Shown: positions 31,683 through 41,901 of the stretch, in pieces | How the letters are laid out: the number at the start of each line of letters is the position of its first letter | Numbering within the stretch: position 1 is the first letter of the stretch | Source of the DNA: an uncultured Nitrososphaeraceae archaeon | Lineage (GTDB): Archaea > Thermoproteota > Nitrososphaeria > Nitrososphaerales > Nitrososphaeraceae | Direction: 5' to 3' | DNA: 64,000 nucleotides | NCBI GenBank assembly: GCA_963779615.1 | Contig: CAVZZA010000003.1 | Span: 320,001-384,000 of the forward strand | Notes under the pieces: generated by a model | The model's database searches: none | What the model was told of the DNA's origin: nothing | What the model saw: only the letters and a program-made list of their open reading frames with translations | Translations under genes and position numbers: made by a program

Positions 31683-31699
31683 GGAATTATCTCTTTATT

Positions 31700-32060
31700 G
31701 AGATGATCAATGAACAGGCCACTACTGCATGAAAAGTAATAATCAAAACAATCTGCAGTTACACCCTTTGATGCATTACCTAGATCTCTCAATCTTGCTT
31801 TTCTCATAAAAGAAATAAAACATGAAGACCGGTTGTTAATAACGTACAGAGCTGCGGATAATAGCATTTACCGTCACCACATGTTAAAACAAAATGTTTT
31901 AAATATTCGCCTATAACATTTGATAGTGATCAGGCTTCCCAGCAAACCAATATTTTCTCTAAATCTCGACCTATGCCAATTTCAAGAATTTCTTTATCTT
32001 TTGGTTGGGTAGCAACAACCATAATAACCAGATGTGTTCAGAGCCAGCCTTGATTTTACT
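31700..32060 (-). pseudogene. highly degenerate IS6 transposase remnant
   Basis: Fragments IKAGSEHIWL, VATQPKDKEIL, KHFVLTCGDGKCYYPQLC and DCFDYYFSC match IEVGSRYAWL, VAIEPKHREIL, KHPVSTDGGTWYPQAC and EGFDNYFPC of the IS at 14911; boundaries approximate. Confidence 0.65.
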
Positions 32061-32129
32061 ATTGTAAATAATATGGTATTGTAGAGTTCCTATCGTAGAT
32101 GCATCTTGCCTGCTTGTTTGTTTTTTTTC

Positions 32130-32268
32130 TGCTTTGTTGCATAGCTATGAAATTCGTCAATTTGTGATAGAGCACATATCGGCATAATGCGAGTATCGAT
32201 TATTCCCCTTACAAAAACAAAACTAGCACGTCTAAAAAATACGAAAATTTGAGTTACGCAACAAAGCA
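32130..32268. mobile_element. MITE family A, copy 2 (inverted relative to copy 1)
   Basis: Same TIR; flanks TTTTTTTC/TTTTTTAC. Confidence 0.85.
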
Positions 32269-32523
32269 TTTTTTACCCATTTCCAAATAATAAAACCGGC
32301 TTATCTTAACATTTGTAAAAAAATAATTCTTTTGCAGCGTTCCCAATGGACAAACCAGCAAGAAAGCACAAACACAAACCATAACCAATGTGCCTTGAAC
32401 TTTTGTTATGTATGGGAACCCATAAAGGAAACAGGACATATTCAAGAAATAGGCTTTTCCTAAAGTTGACAGCATTGTTTTTAGACTCAATTTATAAATA
32501 TCCAATTTGAGAATGATGTTATA

Positions 32524-33219
32524 GTGTCATCAACAATTACCGAATACACTTGTGAGGATTGTGGCTCTTTACTATTTCATTCCAACCCTAATACGCTTCA
32601 AAGTATGAAGGAAATACATTCACAACTATGCCCAGTAAAAAGACAAAAAACATTAGCTAATGCCGAGGCAGAAAAACTAAAGAGGTTGGCAACATCCAGA
32701 GTTGTAACCCAAGTTCAATCCACCCAAACCGCCTCAAACGCAGGTCCTAGAGCAGCAGCAGAAGTAGCACCTGCCGCTGTTGCCTCAGCAGCATCTGCGC
32801 CAAGCGGTGGTGGTGGTGGAGGAGGAGGAGGAAGTGGGCCGGTAAAACCCGGTAACACTACTATATCATTGACGGGTACCGGCACAGATCATGCTGCGGC
32901 CGAAGGGCCGATTGACATGGGGTTCAAGTCGAATAGGCAGCCCGTTGGGAAATTCCAGGGAATTGAGGTGTGGGGCCCATACGACGCTCCCGGTCAATTG
33001 GGGATATGGGGAACCGACGTCTGTGTGGACTTTGACATATGCGTATCCGATGGTGCCTGCATTGATGCCTGTCCAGTAAATGTTTATGAGTGGCTTGACA
33101 CCCCGGGCCACCCAGCATCCGAAAAAAAACCCTTTATGATTAGGGAAAAGGACTGCATATTTTGCCTGGCATGCGAGAACGTTTGCCCGCCACAAGCAAT
33201 AAAGATATTTGTAAAGTAA
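32524..33219 (+). CDS. dicluster ferredoxin (Zfx-like) with N-terminal Zn-finger-like domain and Ala/Gly linker
   Basis: [12 protein letters not shown] and [12 protein letters not shown]; N-terminal CEDC...H...C. Confidence 0.92.
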   Translation: MSSTITEYTCEDCGSLLFHSNPNTLQSMKEIHSQLCPVKRQKTLANAEAEKLKRLATSRVVTQVQSTQTASNAGPRAAAEVAPAAVASAASAPSGGGGGGGGGSGPVKPGNTTISLTGTGTDHAAAEGPIDMGFKSNRQPVGKFQGIEVWGPYDAPGQLGIWGTDVCVDFDICVSDGACIDACPVNVYEWLDTPGHPASEKKPFMIREKDCIFCLACENVCPPQAIKIFVK

Positions 33220-33234
33220 CAGACTCCAACAACC
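32850..33234 (+). repeat. 385-bp ferredoxin module, copy 1; inverted near-identical copy at 63069..63453
   Basis: Direct comparison: about 8 coding differences, all third-position, plus 15 nt of shared 3' UTR. Confidence 0.93.
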
Positions 33235-33353
33235 AAAAGGTAGACAAACATACAGGTGATAAACCTCTTTCTCCCTATTTCTTTTTATTCATTCTTTTCC
33301 TAAGCACATATTTTTAACTTTTTAATAAGGCTATTTTTTCTAATGTAAAATGG

Positions 33354-34534
33354 TTGACAATATATAAAGAAAAAATTTCAATGACTAAGCCCGTAAAAAT
33401 AGGAATAGTGGGTGGAGGACAACTTGGAAAGATGTTGGCTTTGGAAGCAAAACGAATGTTTATGGTGGTTATTGTATTGGATCCTTCTGCAGATTGTCCA
33501 GCATCACATATTGCCGATAAGGTAATAGTTGGCAATTATTCAGATGAACAAAAGATTTATGATCTTTCAAAAGAGGTAGATTTGATTACTTATGAAATAG
33601 AACTTGCCAATTCCAAGGCTCTTAATAACCTAGTTCTAAGGGGGTTTCCCGTTCAATCCATCTCCTAAGACCTTAAACATAATTCAAAACAAGTATCGTC
33701 AAAAAAAATTTTTAAAAGAGAGTGGAATCAATGTTCCAAGATTTGAGTTAGTAGCCTCTGAAAACCATTTGAGGAAAATATGTTCAGAGTTTGGATTTCC
33801 GGTAATGCTAAAGGCTTGTGAAGACTCCTATGACGGCCGGGGCAATTATCTAATCAAAAATAAGGATCAGATAACACCAGCCTTCTCGTATTTTACAGGC
33901 AAGCAATGCATGGTCGAGGAGTTCGTTGATTTTAAAAAAGAGATTTCGATAATGATAGCAAGAAACTCTTCGGGCGAAATATCTTCCTTTCCAATTGGTG
34001 AAAACATTCACAGGGACAACATTCTGGATTTGACCGTTGTTCCCGCAAGAATTACCAATGAAGTTGAAGCAAAAGCAACTAACCTCGCCATTAAAACTAT
34101 CGAGTCACTAAAGGGCTCGGGCATTTTTGGAATAGAAATGTTTGTAGATAATAATGATAACGTTCTTATTAATGAGATAGCTCCACGCCCACACAATTCA
34201 GGGCACTATACCATAGAGGCTTGCTCGATATCTCAATTTGAGCAACACATAAGAGCGGTATTAGACTATCCACTGCCAAAACCGTTCTTAATTTCAAATG
34301 CAGTCATGGTTAATTTGCTTGGCCCGGAAAAAACAAAAGGGGACATATGAGATACACGGGATAGACAAACTATTCTCCTTAGTGGGCGTTAAACTACACA
34401 TATATGGTAAAACGGTAACAAAGCCTCACCGAAAGCTAGGTCACATAACCGCACTCATTCCCGAAAACAAAGACCCAATTGAGGTTGCAGAAAAGATTAA
34501 GCAGACTATCGAAATAAAGGAAGCGAATCAATAA
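33354..34534 (+). CDS. purK: N5-carboxyaminoimidazole ribonucleotide synthase, split by two +1 frameshifts (~33655, ~34340)
   Basis: GIVGGGQLGKML; YDGRGN; NEIAPRPHNSGHYT; LHIYGK...RKLGHIT in three consecutive frames. Confidence 0.9.
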
Positions 34535-34600
34535 CCAAATAGCCAATAAAAAATACATTAAAACCTGCTAAAATACGAATATAAAAGTGTAGAGAAACAG

Positions 34601-35227
34601 TTGAACAAAACCCGAATCTCAAAAACCACAGACAAACCTAAAACCACAGACAAACCTAAAATCACAAACGGCAACCCAATCACAAGGACAATAAAAAACA
34701 CGAATACAAGTTTACCAATTGTGAGTATTATTATGGGCAGTGATTCTGATCTTTACATCATGAAGGAAGCATCAGAGGCTCTGAGTGATTTTGGCATACC
34801 TCATGAAATAAAAATCGTATCAGCACATAGAACCCCCATGTTTATGGCGGATTTTTCCCAAAATGCAGAGGGAAGAGGAATCAAGGTAATTATTGCAGGT
34901 GCTGGAGGCGCTGCGCATTTACCTGGCATGGTTGCCTCATTAACCCCCTTGCCAGTAATAGGAGTCCCGATTAAATCCTCATCATCAATAGACGGGATAG
35001 ATTCCCTATTATCTATTGTACAAATGCCCCCCGGAATACCTGTTGCAACCATGGCCATTAACGGTGCCAAAAATGCGGGTATTTTGGCCTGCTCAATCCT
35101 AGCAACACACTCTAGTGAATTGTCTCTGAAGGTAAGGCAATTCAAAAACCAAATGGTTGAAGAAACAAAGGTGAAAAACGAGAACCTTAACAGATTGGGT
35201 TTCAAAAACTACCTAAAAAAAAAATGA
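34601..35227 (+). CDS. purE: N5-CAIR mutase
   Basis: [40 protein letters not shown]. Confidence 0.97.
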   Translation: MNKTRISKTTDKPKTTDKPKITNGNPITRTIKNTNTSLPIVSIIMGSDSDLYIMKEASEALSDFGIPHEIKIVSAHRTPMFMADFSQNAEGRGIKVIIAGAGGAAHLPGMVASLTPLPVIGVPIKSSSSIDGIDSLLSIVQMPPGIPVATMAINGAKNAGILACSILATHSSELSLKVRQFKNQMVEETKVKNENLNRLGFKNYLKKK

Positions 35228-35305
35228 AGAATGAACAAAAGAAACATCAAGGTGAAAAAAATGAATAAAAATAAATAAACAATGATTTTATAGGTCAAAC
35301 AAAGA

Positions 35306-36142
35306 TTGGAAAAAGAGATAGCGATAATTGGTTGTGGTGTGATAGGAAGTGAATTGGCCCAGGCCATAGACAGCAGGACAATTCCCAATTGTTCATTAAC
35401 TGCAATTTTTGACACAGATCCCAAAAAATCAAAAGCGGTGAATGAAAAGTTAAAAAATAAAGCCACTCTTTTCAGCGATTTCCAGGATTTTATAGAATCG
35501 CCCCAATTTAACAAAATCGATATGGTAATTGAAGCGGCATCAATTGATGCCGCTTCAATTTATGGAATTGACATTCTTAAAAAAGGAAAAGACATGATGA
35601 TGATGAGTATAGGAGTGTTTTCAGATTATAATTTTTATAAAAACACTCTGCAGGTTCTCAAATCAAAGTCCAACAACATTTTTCTACCATCAGGTGCAAT
35701 TGGCGGAATAGACGTCATAAGAAGTGTAAAAAGCCATATAGAATCAATCACACTAACAACAACAAAGAACAATAAATCGTTAAAGGGCGCACCATTTTTC
35801 AAAAACAACAATATAAACATAGATGAAATAAAAAGCAAACAGACTGTTTTTGACGGAAATGCCGATGATGCCATAAAGCAGTTTCCGTCCAATGTTAATG
35901 TTTCTGCTTTGATTAGTTTAGCGGGCATAGGTTTTAAGCAAACCAGCGTAAAGGTTGTAGTGGACCCAGAAGAGTCAAACAACATACATGAAATACATGC
36001 CAAGTGGAAATTTGGAGAATTCACAATAAGGATAAGCAACAAACCAAGTCAAGAAAATCCTAAAACCAGTTACCTGGCAACACTGTCTGCGGTCGAATGC
36101 TTACGCTCTATTTGCACGCATGACATAAAGATCGGGTCTTGA
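35306..36142 (+). CDS. nadX: L-aspartate dehydrogenase
   Basis: IGCGVIG, IEAAS, PSGAIGGID, FPSNVNV, NPKTSYLA. Confidence 0.93.
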   Translation: MEKEIAIIGCGVIGSELAQAIDSRTIPNCSLTAIFDTDPKKSKAVNEKLKNKATLFSDFQDFIESPQFNKIDMVIEAASIDAASIYGIDILKKGKDMMMMSIGVFSDYNFYKNTLQVLKSKSNNIFLPSGAIGGIDVIRSVKSHIESITLTTTKNNKSLKGAPFFKNNNINIDEIKSKQTVFDGNADDAIKQFPSNVNVSALISLAGIGFKQTSVKVVVDPEESNNIHEIHAKWKFGEFTIRISNKPSQENPKTSYLATLSAVECLRSICTHDIKIGS

Positions 36143-36157
36143 TTTACCCCGACCTAA

Positions 36158-36778
36158 CTATTTTAGAACTATCAAGGAGGTGTATCCGCGACTCTCCATG
36201 ATTGCGTCGTTTTCAATTTCTTCAGTTTTTATTGTGATGGATATAACATCCACCCGATCAAACCTTTTAGGCTTTATCAGTATAAAATCATCCAGCATGT
36301 CCGAGGATTCGAAACTCGTATTGCTATAGTTAAATTCCACAGGATTGCTTGAGCTTGTCAGAAAAATTTGGTTCTTGTCATAGTTACAGAGCCTAATTTG
36401 CCGTCCCGCTCTTGGAAATGCCCTTATGCCAACTTTTATTGGCTTTTTATCGTGAATTATGTACCGGCTACCATTATTCACAAGGATATTGAACTGAAAA
36501 GGGTATCCTGCAGTGTTTTCTGCCATCTTATTGATTCCGTCATTCATTATTATGTCGATTTTTTTTATTGTATCCCCAAATTCAAAGATGAAATTATTTG
36601 TCATTTTTACGATTTCGTCAATTTTTGCCTTCCTAGCATTTTCTTCGCTTGTTTGAAGTTTATACCGATCTATCCAATCTTTGTAATCCTTACTAAGGTC
36701 GGTGATAAAATCCGTACATGTATTTTGATAGTCTGGGATACTAGTTGCTCTTTCAGAGTCGGTATCGGAGGCAAACAT
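36158..36778 (-). CDS. hypothetical protein
   Basis: 206-aa ORF, no recognised motif. Confidence 0.65.
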   Translation of the reverse strand: MFASDTDSERATSIPDYQNTCTDFITDLSKDYKDWIDRYKLQTSEENARKAKIDEIVKMTNNFIFEFGDTIKKIDIIMNDGINKMAENTAGYPFQFNILVNNGSRYIIHDKKPIKVGIRAFPRAGRQIRLCNYDKNQIFLTSSSNPVEFNYSNTSFESSDMLDDFILIKPKRFDRVDVISITIKTEEIENDAIMESRGYTSLIVLK

Positions 36779-36978
36779 AATATAATGTTGTTCAACTGCA
36801 ATTAACTCATTTATTAAACTTTAACACTCTTTAAGATACTGTATCAAAATGAACGAATTTTCCTCCCTAATCACAGATCTAACAAACAACATTAACAACA
36901 ATATGGAATTTTTTAGGACAACCGTTATGAAAAAACCGACTTTGGTGTACTACAAGACTAAACGAACTTTCAAATTTT

Positions 36979-37350
36979 GTGGGTTCAAGGTATAACCTAA
37001 AACTGGAGATTCACTTTCCCAACTCAAACAAAATTTACAACATCAATGAATACGGAAAAGAGAACATCAGCATAATAATAGACAAATTTAGAAAGGTATT
37101 TCCCATTCCAAGGGAACTCATTAAACAAGAGGCCACTAATTTGTTTCAGAATGCAATAGTTACGGATGGCTACATGTATGAAGGCAAAGAGGGGATAAAA
37201 ATAGTTTTTAATGACAGTGCCAAATCCCGCATTGAGGTATTGCCAGGCTCTTTTCACCTATGGGCAAAAATCGATGAAAATGTTGAAAAGTTTTGCAATT
37301 GGCTATTGCTTAAGGTTTATTCTGATCGCAGTTTAAACAAAAATAAATAA
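36979..37350 (+). CDS. hypothetical protein
   Basis: 123-aa ORF. Confidence 0.65.
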   Translation: MGSRYNLKLEIHFPNSNKIYNINEYGKENISIIIDKFRKVFPIPRELIKQEATNLFQNAIVTDGYMYEGKEGIKIVFNDSAKSRIEVLPGSFHLWAKIDENVEKFCNWLLLKVYSDRSLNKNK

Positions 37351-37397
37351 TTCTTTTATCCATCTGTTGGTTTTTTCAGAATAAAAAAATGGGGTAG

Positions 37398-38459
37398 CTA
37401 ACTGGCCACCACATCAAAGGTGGCGGACTCGACAAACATGTCCAACGATTCACCATTTGCAGTTTGGACGGTAACCTGAATGTGCTTTACCCCGGGAGTA
37501 TCGAATGTGTAATCAACCTTCCCAATCCCATCAGGCGCGCGCTGATTGTCAAAGTTTTTCAAGACTTTATCGTCCTGATCAGTTATTTCGAATCCAAAGG
37601 TAACCCGTGGTACGATACTGTTTTTATCATCGGCAAAAACAACTCCAAAGTGGGTAACCTGCCCCGCTTTAATTTCAACTGGCTCCCACAACAATTGAAG
37701 GTTATAGGAGCCCCTTGGGGTTAGAATGGATAATGGGGGTTTTGGAATCTCTGTTTGGGTTTTAGGTATTGCTGGCTGGCCAGTCCCCATGGCTTTTAAT
37801 TCATAAGCATACTGTGTTGGTGGAGTGCCCGTTGTGACGTCAGCATAGGTTTGGGCTTTTACAGGAAAAGGTAAGTTCCTATCTATGTAAATACTGTTGG
37901 TTATGCCCTTATAATACCCCACAGCAACTGTGTCAAAGGTCCCTGCAGGCGTTGTTACCTTAGCTGAGCCTGAAGGTTTGATCTCAGAACCACCTATCGC
38001 AGCAATTTTTCCCCACGATGCAGAGCTGAGTGATTGGCCGGGTTTTGGCACATAGGCAGCCAACCAGCCCAAGGATGTTGCATATGCACCTCGATATTTG
38101 GCCATTTCCGGTGGAACAGGCGATGATCCCAAAGCGGTCAAATCAAGATCGCTAAGATAAAATGTTCCATTATATACCTTGCCTTGATCAACCACATATG
38201 TGGGAACAACCCAGTATTTGCCTGTGGCATTGTATTCTTTAAAGTAAAGAGTAATGGAGAATGGCTGACCTTGGTTTGTGTCGGCGCTTTTTATTTCATA
38301 TGTATAGTAGGTGTTGGGTTTAACGCCCTTTCCTAGATACCACGAATCAGATTGTGCGTATACAGTTCCCATAAATTGGTTGACCTGTAATGCAGTCGTT
38401 CCAAGTGTAAAAATTAGGAAAAAAGCGATTACTTTCTTTTCTGATTTCTTATTTAACAT
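37398..38459 (-). CDS. secreted/surface protein with Ig-like C-terminal region
   Basis: Signal peptide ending VYAQ; beta-rich Thr/Gly/Pro composition. Confidence 0.8.
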   Translation of the reverse strand: MLNKKSEKKVIAFFLIFTLGTTALQVNQFMGTVYAQSDSWYLGKGVKPNTYYTYEIKSADTNQGQPFSITLYFKEYNATGKYWVVPTYVVDQGKVYNGTFYLSDLDLTALGSSPVPPEMAKYRGAYATSLGWLAAYVPKPGQSLSSASWGKIAAIGGSEIKPSGSAKVTTPAGTFDTVAVGYYKGITNSIYIDRNLPFPVKAQTYADVTTGTPPTQYAYELKAMGTGQPAIPKTQTEIPKPPLSILTPRGSYNLQLLWEPVEIKAGQVTHFGVVFADDKNSIVPRVTFGFEITDQDDKVLKNFDNQRAPDGIGKVDYTFDTPGVKHIQVTVQTANGESLDMFVESATFDVVAS

Positions 38460-38509
38460 TTGAATTAGATAAAATATAGTGCTATACTCTTTAAAGGTTT
38501 ATTATTGAT

Positions 38510-38643
38510 TGCTTTGCTGCATGATTAGAAATACAGTCAATCATACCACTTTCCTGCAATCCATGTTAAATCATGACTAGTTACTCTGGACAATAACCAA
38601 AACGCCAACAAAAAATGATTTGCAATAATCATGCAGCAAAGAG
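38510..38643. mobile_element. MITE family B, copy 2
   Basis: Aligns to 31548..31682; both TIRs carry the same GCTGC variant; outer right end and TSD eroded. Confidence 0.8.
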
Positions 38644-38722
38644 TTCTTAACCCCATATCAAAACGCATGTAACTGCATTTAATAAAAAATAAATTAGTAG
38701 TTCAAATATCAAAAAGTAAAAT

Positions 38723-38887
38723 ATGTGTGATTGTTCTAAAGTTCATTTCTATGACGTAGACTTTAAACTGTACGGTATGAAGGTTGTCCCCTCCTGCAAA
38801 AATTGCGGAAGTCCTCTAAGTGATGAACAGGCAAAAAAATTTGAAAAGGAAATAATGAAACACTGGGGCTTCGAAGAAAAAAAATGA
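38723..38887 (+). CDS. 54-aa Cys-containing microprotein
   Basis: Not in ORF track. MCDCSKVHFYDVDFKLYGMKVVPSCKNCGSPLSDEQAKKFEKEIMKHWGFEEKK*. Confidence 0.75.
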   Translation: MCDCSKVHFYDVDFKLYGMKVVPSCKNCGSPLSDEQAKKFEKEIMKHWGFEEKK

Positions 38888-38959
38888 TTAGCACACTTTA
38901 ACAACATTTTTGCGTCAACTTTATAAATCTCCTAAAGAAGAAAAAAGCAGTGGTAAAGA

Positions 38960-39214
38960 ATGACCAAAATGTTTAACGTAAATATAGATACAGAGGGATT
39001 AAATCAAAGCGAAGCCCAAGAATGGGCAAACGAACTGGCTAACGTGTACGCAGATATGGAAGTTTCTGATGTAAATGTGTCTGGCAACAAAATCAGTTTT
39101 AAAGCAGGCTACTCGGGAATGGATGACACACAGGCTGATGACATCAGAATGAAATTGGATGAGTATTTAACGATGAATGATCTCTTCAAGGTAAAGGACA
39201 TATCAGTATCCTAA
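38960..39214 (+). CDS. small acidic hypothetical protein
   Basis: 84-aa ORF; TTTATAAA box upstream, T-tract downstream. Confidence 0.8.
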   Translation: MTKMFNVNIDTEGLNQSEAQEWANELANVYADMEVSDVNVSGNKISFKAGYSGMDDTQADDIRMKLDEYLTMNDLFKVKDISVS

Positions 39215-39286
39215 CCCATTTTTTTAAATTCATTAATGATCATTAAATAAACGTTGTTATATAGGTTTATATAGAACAAACCGTAC

Positions 39287-39544
39287 TTGTTTATGTTTTC
39301 AAGAATGACATGCAAAGGTATTTGTATCAGACATAAAGCTCAGAAGCCGGTTGGATCAGGCCGTTATGCAAGTGGTCAAAAACGTTGCCAAATATGCGAG
39401 ATTTTCATAAAGTGGGACGGATTATGGTGTCCATGTTGTGGATATAGGCTACGAACTAAACCAAGAAACTTAAAATATAAAGCAAAACTTCGAGCAAGAA
39501 ATAAAACTATTGAGCCAATAGAACAGGCAATAGTTATTCAATAA
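39287..39544 (+). CDS. small thaumarchaeal Cys-rich Zn-finger protein
   Basis: MTCKGICIRHKA...YASGQKRCQICEIFIKWDGLWCPCCGYRLRTKPR. Confidence 0.85.
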   Translation: MFMFSRMTCKGICIRHKAQKPVGSGRYASGQKRCQICEIFIKWDGLWCPCCGYRLRTKPRNLKYKAKLRARNKTIEPIEQAIVIQ

Positions 39545-40665
39545 TTATTTTTAGCAACACCTTTATTGATATTAAAAAGCATCTCCAATTCCTTCAATAA
39601 CACAGTTTTCTCCTTGATTTGTACATCGAGTATGCGGTTTATTATCTTGCCATAGTTTTTTATGTAACTTTCATCAAAATTGTGCTTTTTTACAAAGCTC
39701 TGGACCAACAGGTTTCCGTCCACATACATTGACTTTTTGTTAAAAAAATCCACCTTGGTTTTAAATATCTCAACCTCATGGTTGTGACGTTCTGTGTGTT
39801 TCATTAAAAAAATTAAGGATTTTTCACTCCTTGTGATAGTAGAGACATTTGATCTGTCCAGTTCAAGATATTCTGACAGGGTGTCAACATGTTCCTTGAT
39901 TTTCATGTTTTTTTCCTTCATGGCATTCATTTGGTATTTCAAATGGGTAGGTTTTGGAGATTCATTACAAAGTAATTGTACCAGCAGAACCAAAAGGCTA
40001 AAGGACATCATTTTTAGATAAATGGAGCACAAGTTTGGGTTGAACACGTTCCTCAACACCTGTTTGTTAACTTTTGTGCAGCATAGCGCAAACTGCATTG
40101 ATCTCCTTTTTGCCAAAACACCGATATTTTTTTGGCCATAGCGTTTTTTTTTCTCAAAAAGGGCCTCCAAATTGCTTTTCAAGGTAGAATTTGTCAAACT
40201 CACATAATTCAGAAGACCGACATCCCTATTTTGGAAAAAGCTTTCTTTGTCTAAAAACAGTACCTCTAACTTTTTATTGTCAAGGTCATAAAAACCGCAT
40301 TTTTTTTTGTCTTTTTTTGGGGTATTTTTTATTTCCCCATTTCCATTTAAAACTATAACATCATATTCGCAGCATTCGTATGAAATTCCGGGATCCGCCC
40401 TGCAGCCTACCAATACACATTCATTTCCAGGATAGTATGTTTTGAGAAAATCAATTATACCATCAATTTCACAACCCAAATGATTCAGAATACCTAACAG
40501 GATACAACAAAATCTATATATTACTTTTCCATGCTGTTTATCCCACCTTTCAAGACAACCAATTAAGCAAAGCATTGTTTTAACAACAATTCCTGCCTCC
40601 TCCCTCCTCCCCATATGGGTGAGTGTATTTAGCAAACTGTCCTTTGATTTTTTATTGACAGGCAC
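39538..40665 (-). CDS. hypothetical protein with degenerate nucleotidyltransferase-like N-terminal motif (true start probably downstream, ~40480)
   Basis: LVGCRA...CCEYDVIVL resembles the GS...DxD NTase motif; helical C-terminus. Confidence 0.65.
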   Translation of the reverse strand: MPVNKKSKDSLLNTLTHMGRREEAGIVVKTMLCLIGCLERWDKQHGKVIYRFCCILLGILNHLGCEIDGIIDFLKTYYPGNECVLVGCRADPGISYECCEYDVIVLNGNGEIKNTPKKDKKKCGFYDLDNKKLEVLFLDKESFFQNRDVGLLNYVSLTNSTLKSNLEALFEKKKRYGQKNIGVLAKRRSMQFALCCTKVNKQVLRNVFNPNLCSIYLKMMSFSLLVLLVQLLCNESPKPTHLKYQMNAMKEKNMKIKEHVDTLSEYLELDRSNVSTITRSEKSLIFLMKHTERHNHEVEIFKTKVDFFNKKSMYVDGNLLVQSFVKKHNFDESYIKNYGKIINRILDVQIKEKTVLLKELEMLFNINKGVAKNNY

Positions 40666-41263
40666 ATGTCAACTCATTGTTATATAGCATTTTAAAAAAG
40701 ACGTCTTATTTGACGGCATGGCTTTAAACACGCATGAAAATGTTTCCAAAAGCCCTGATGGTTATTGCGGTTTTATTCGCCTTTTTTTTTGGATATACGC
40801 ATACTTCTCTCAACATCGCATACTAATTACGTGTCTTCACGCACTACAAAGACTTTGAGGGTCTGGAGCCCTTGTTTTTCTCCCCTACGCCAAAAGAAAG
40901 AGGCTTTTCCTCTTACACGCTATAAAACTATCAACAACCAATCATGACAACAGTCATAATTTCAATTTCAAGCGTATTTATTGGCACAAATCCAAACTAT
41001 TGTGGCATCGTTTGTTATCATTGGTTTATAAAGTTGATTTTAATTTTGACCACTCCATTTTATATTGTCAGTGAATACTAAAAACAAACACTACAGGCCA
41101 ATAATTATTGTTATTATGATAATCATCGGCGATAATCATCCATGATTAACATGACAACATGCCAAAAAACATCAAAATCAATCCACATTCTTTGGCATTA
41201 ATGGAAACATTGTAGAAATATTATATCATGTCGCAATGATTTGTGCATATTTCACAATGCGTA

Positions 41264-41272
41264 GTTTATATA
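41264..41272 (+). promoter_or_regulatory. candidate TATA box of amoC
   Basis: GTTTATATA about 30 nt upstream of the ATG. Confidence 0.5.
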
Positions 41273-41301
41273 ATATATTGCAGAAGCATATGTGAAGAAA
41301 C

Positions 41302-41865
41302 ATGGCCCAAATGCCAGCATTAATTCCAAAAGAAGTAGAGATTCAGAGGCTAAAGAAAATATACATAATGGTCATAATGTTGGGTTCAATTGCTGCATCA
41401 GTCGAGGTGGACAACTTCGTTGATGGATCATTGCACCAAACAGCCATTAGAGACAGCGCATTCACACCAGCACACTGGTGGCTGTACAGCCACTTTATCG
41501 CACTCCCATTAGGGTGGGGATTTGTTGCGATGTATGACAGGAGAGTTCCGGCTTTGAGAGGACCAAACAACTCAATGAACACAGGCCTTAAGATAACCAT
41601 TATCGGTTACCTAGCAACCATGTTCACAATAGGCATCAACGAGTTGTGGCACTTTTGGTTCGTAGAAGAAATATTCTCAGTACCAAACCATTGGATGTTT
41701 AACATGGGTGTAGTGGTAGCCTTTATGGGTGCCCTAGCCTATGTGGTCAGAGTATACGCTCGTTTGGTAGAACTGGGAGCCGAGACACCAGCAAGGAACC
41801 CCTATGTGGCAGAAATGTACAAATTAGCACTCGAGGGAAAACTCTACAGCAGATCAATCCCATAA
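41302..41865 (+). CDS. amoC: ammonia monooxygenase subunit C (archaeal)
   Basis: MAQMPALIPKEVEIQRLKK, DGSLHQTAIRDSAFTPAHWWLYSHF, NELWHFWFVEEIFSVPNHW. Confidence 0.99.
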   Translation: MAQMPALIPKEVEIQRLKKIYIMVIMLGSIAASVEVDNFVDGSLHQTAIRDSAFTPAHWWLYSHFIALPLGWGFVAMYDRRVPALRGPNNSMNTGLKITIIGYLATMFTIGINELWHFWFVEEIFSVPNHWMFNMGVVVAFMGALAYVVRVYARLVELGAETPARNPYVAEMYKLALEGKLYSRSIP

Positions 41866-41867
41866 AT

Positions 41868-41901
41868 TTTTTTTTTTGATTTTTGTTTTGTTTTGTTTTT
41901 T
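41868..41901 (+). terminator. oligo-T archaeal terminator after amoC
   Basis: Long T-tracts directly after the stop codon. Confidence 0.55.

Noticed and set aside
33640-34350. Programmed ribosomal frameshifting in purK
   Set aside because: Two separate +1 events with no canonical slippery site or stimulator; consensus error is simpler
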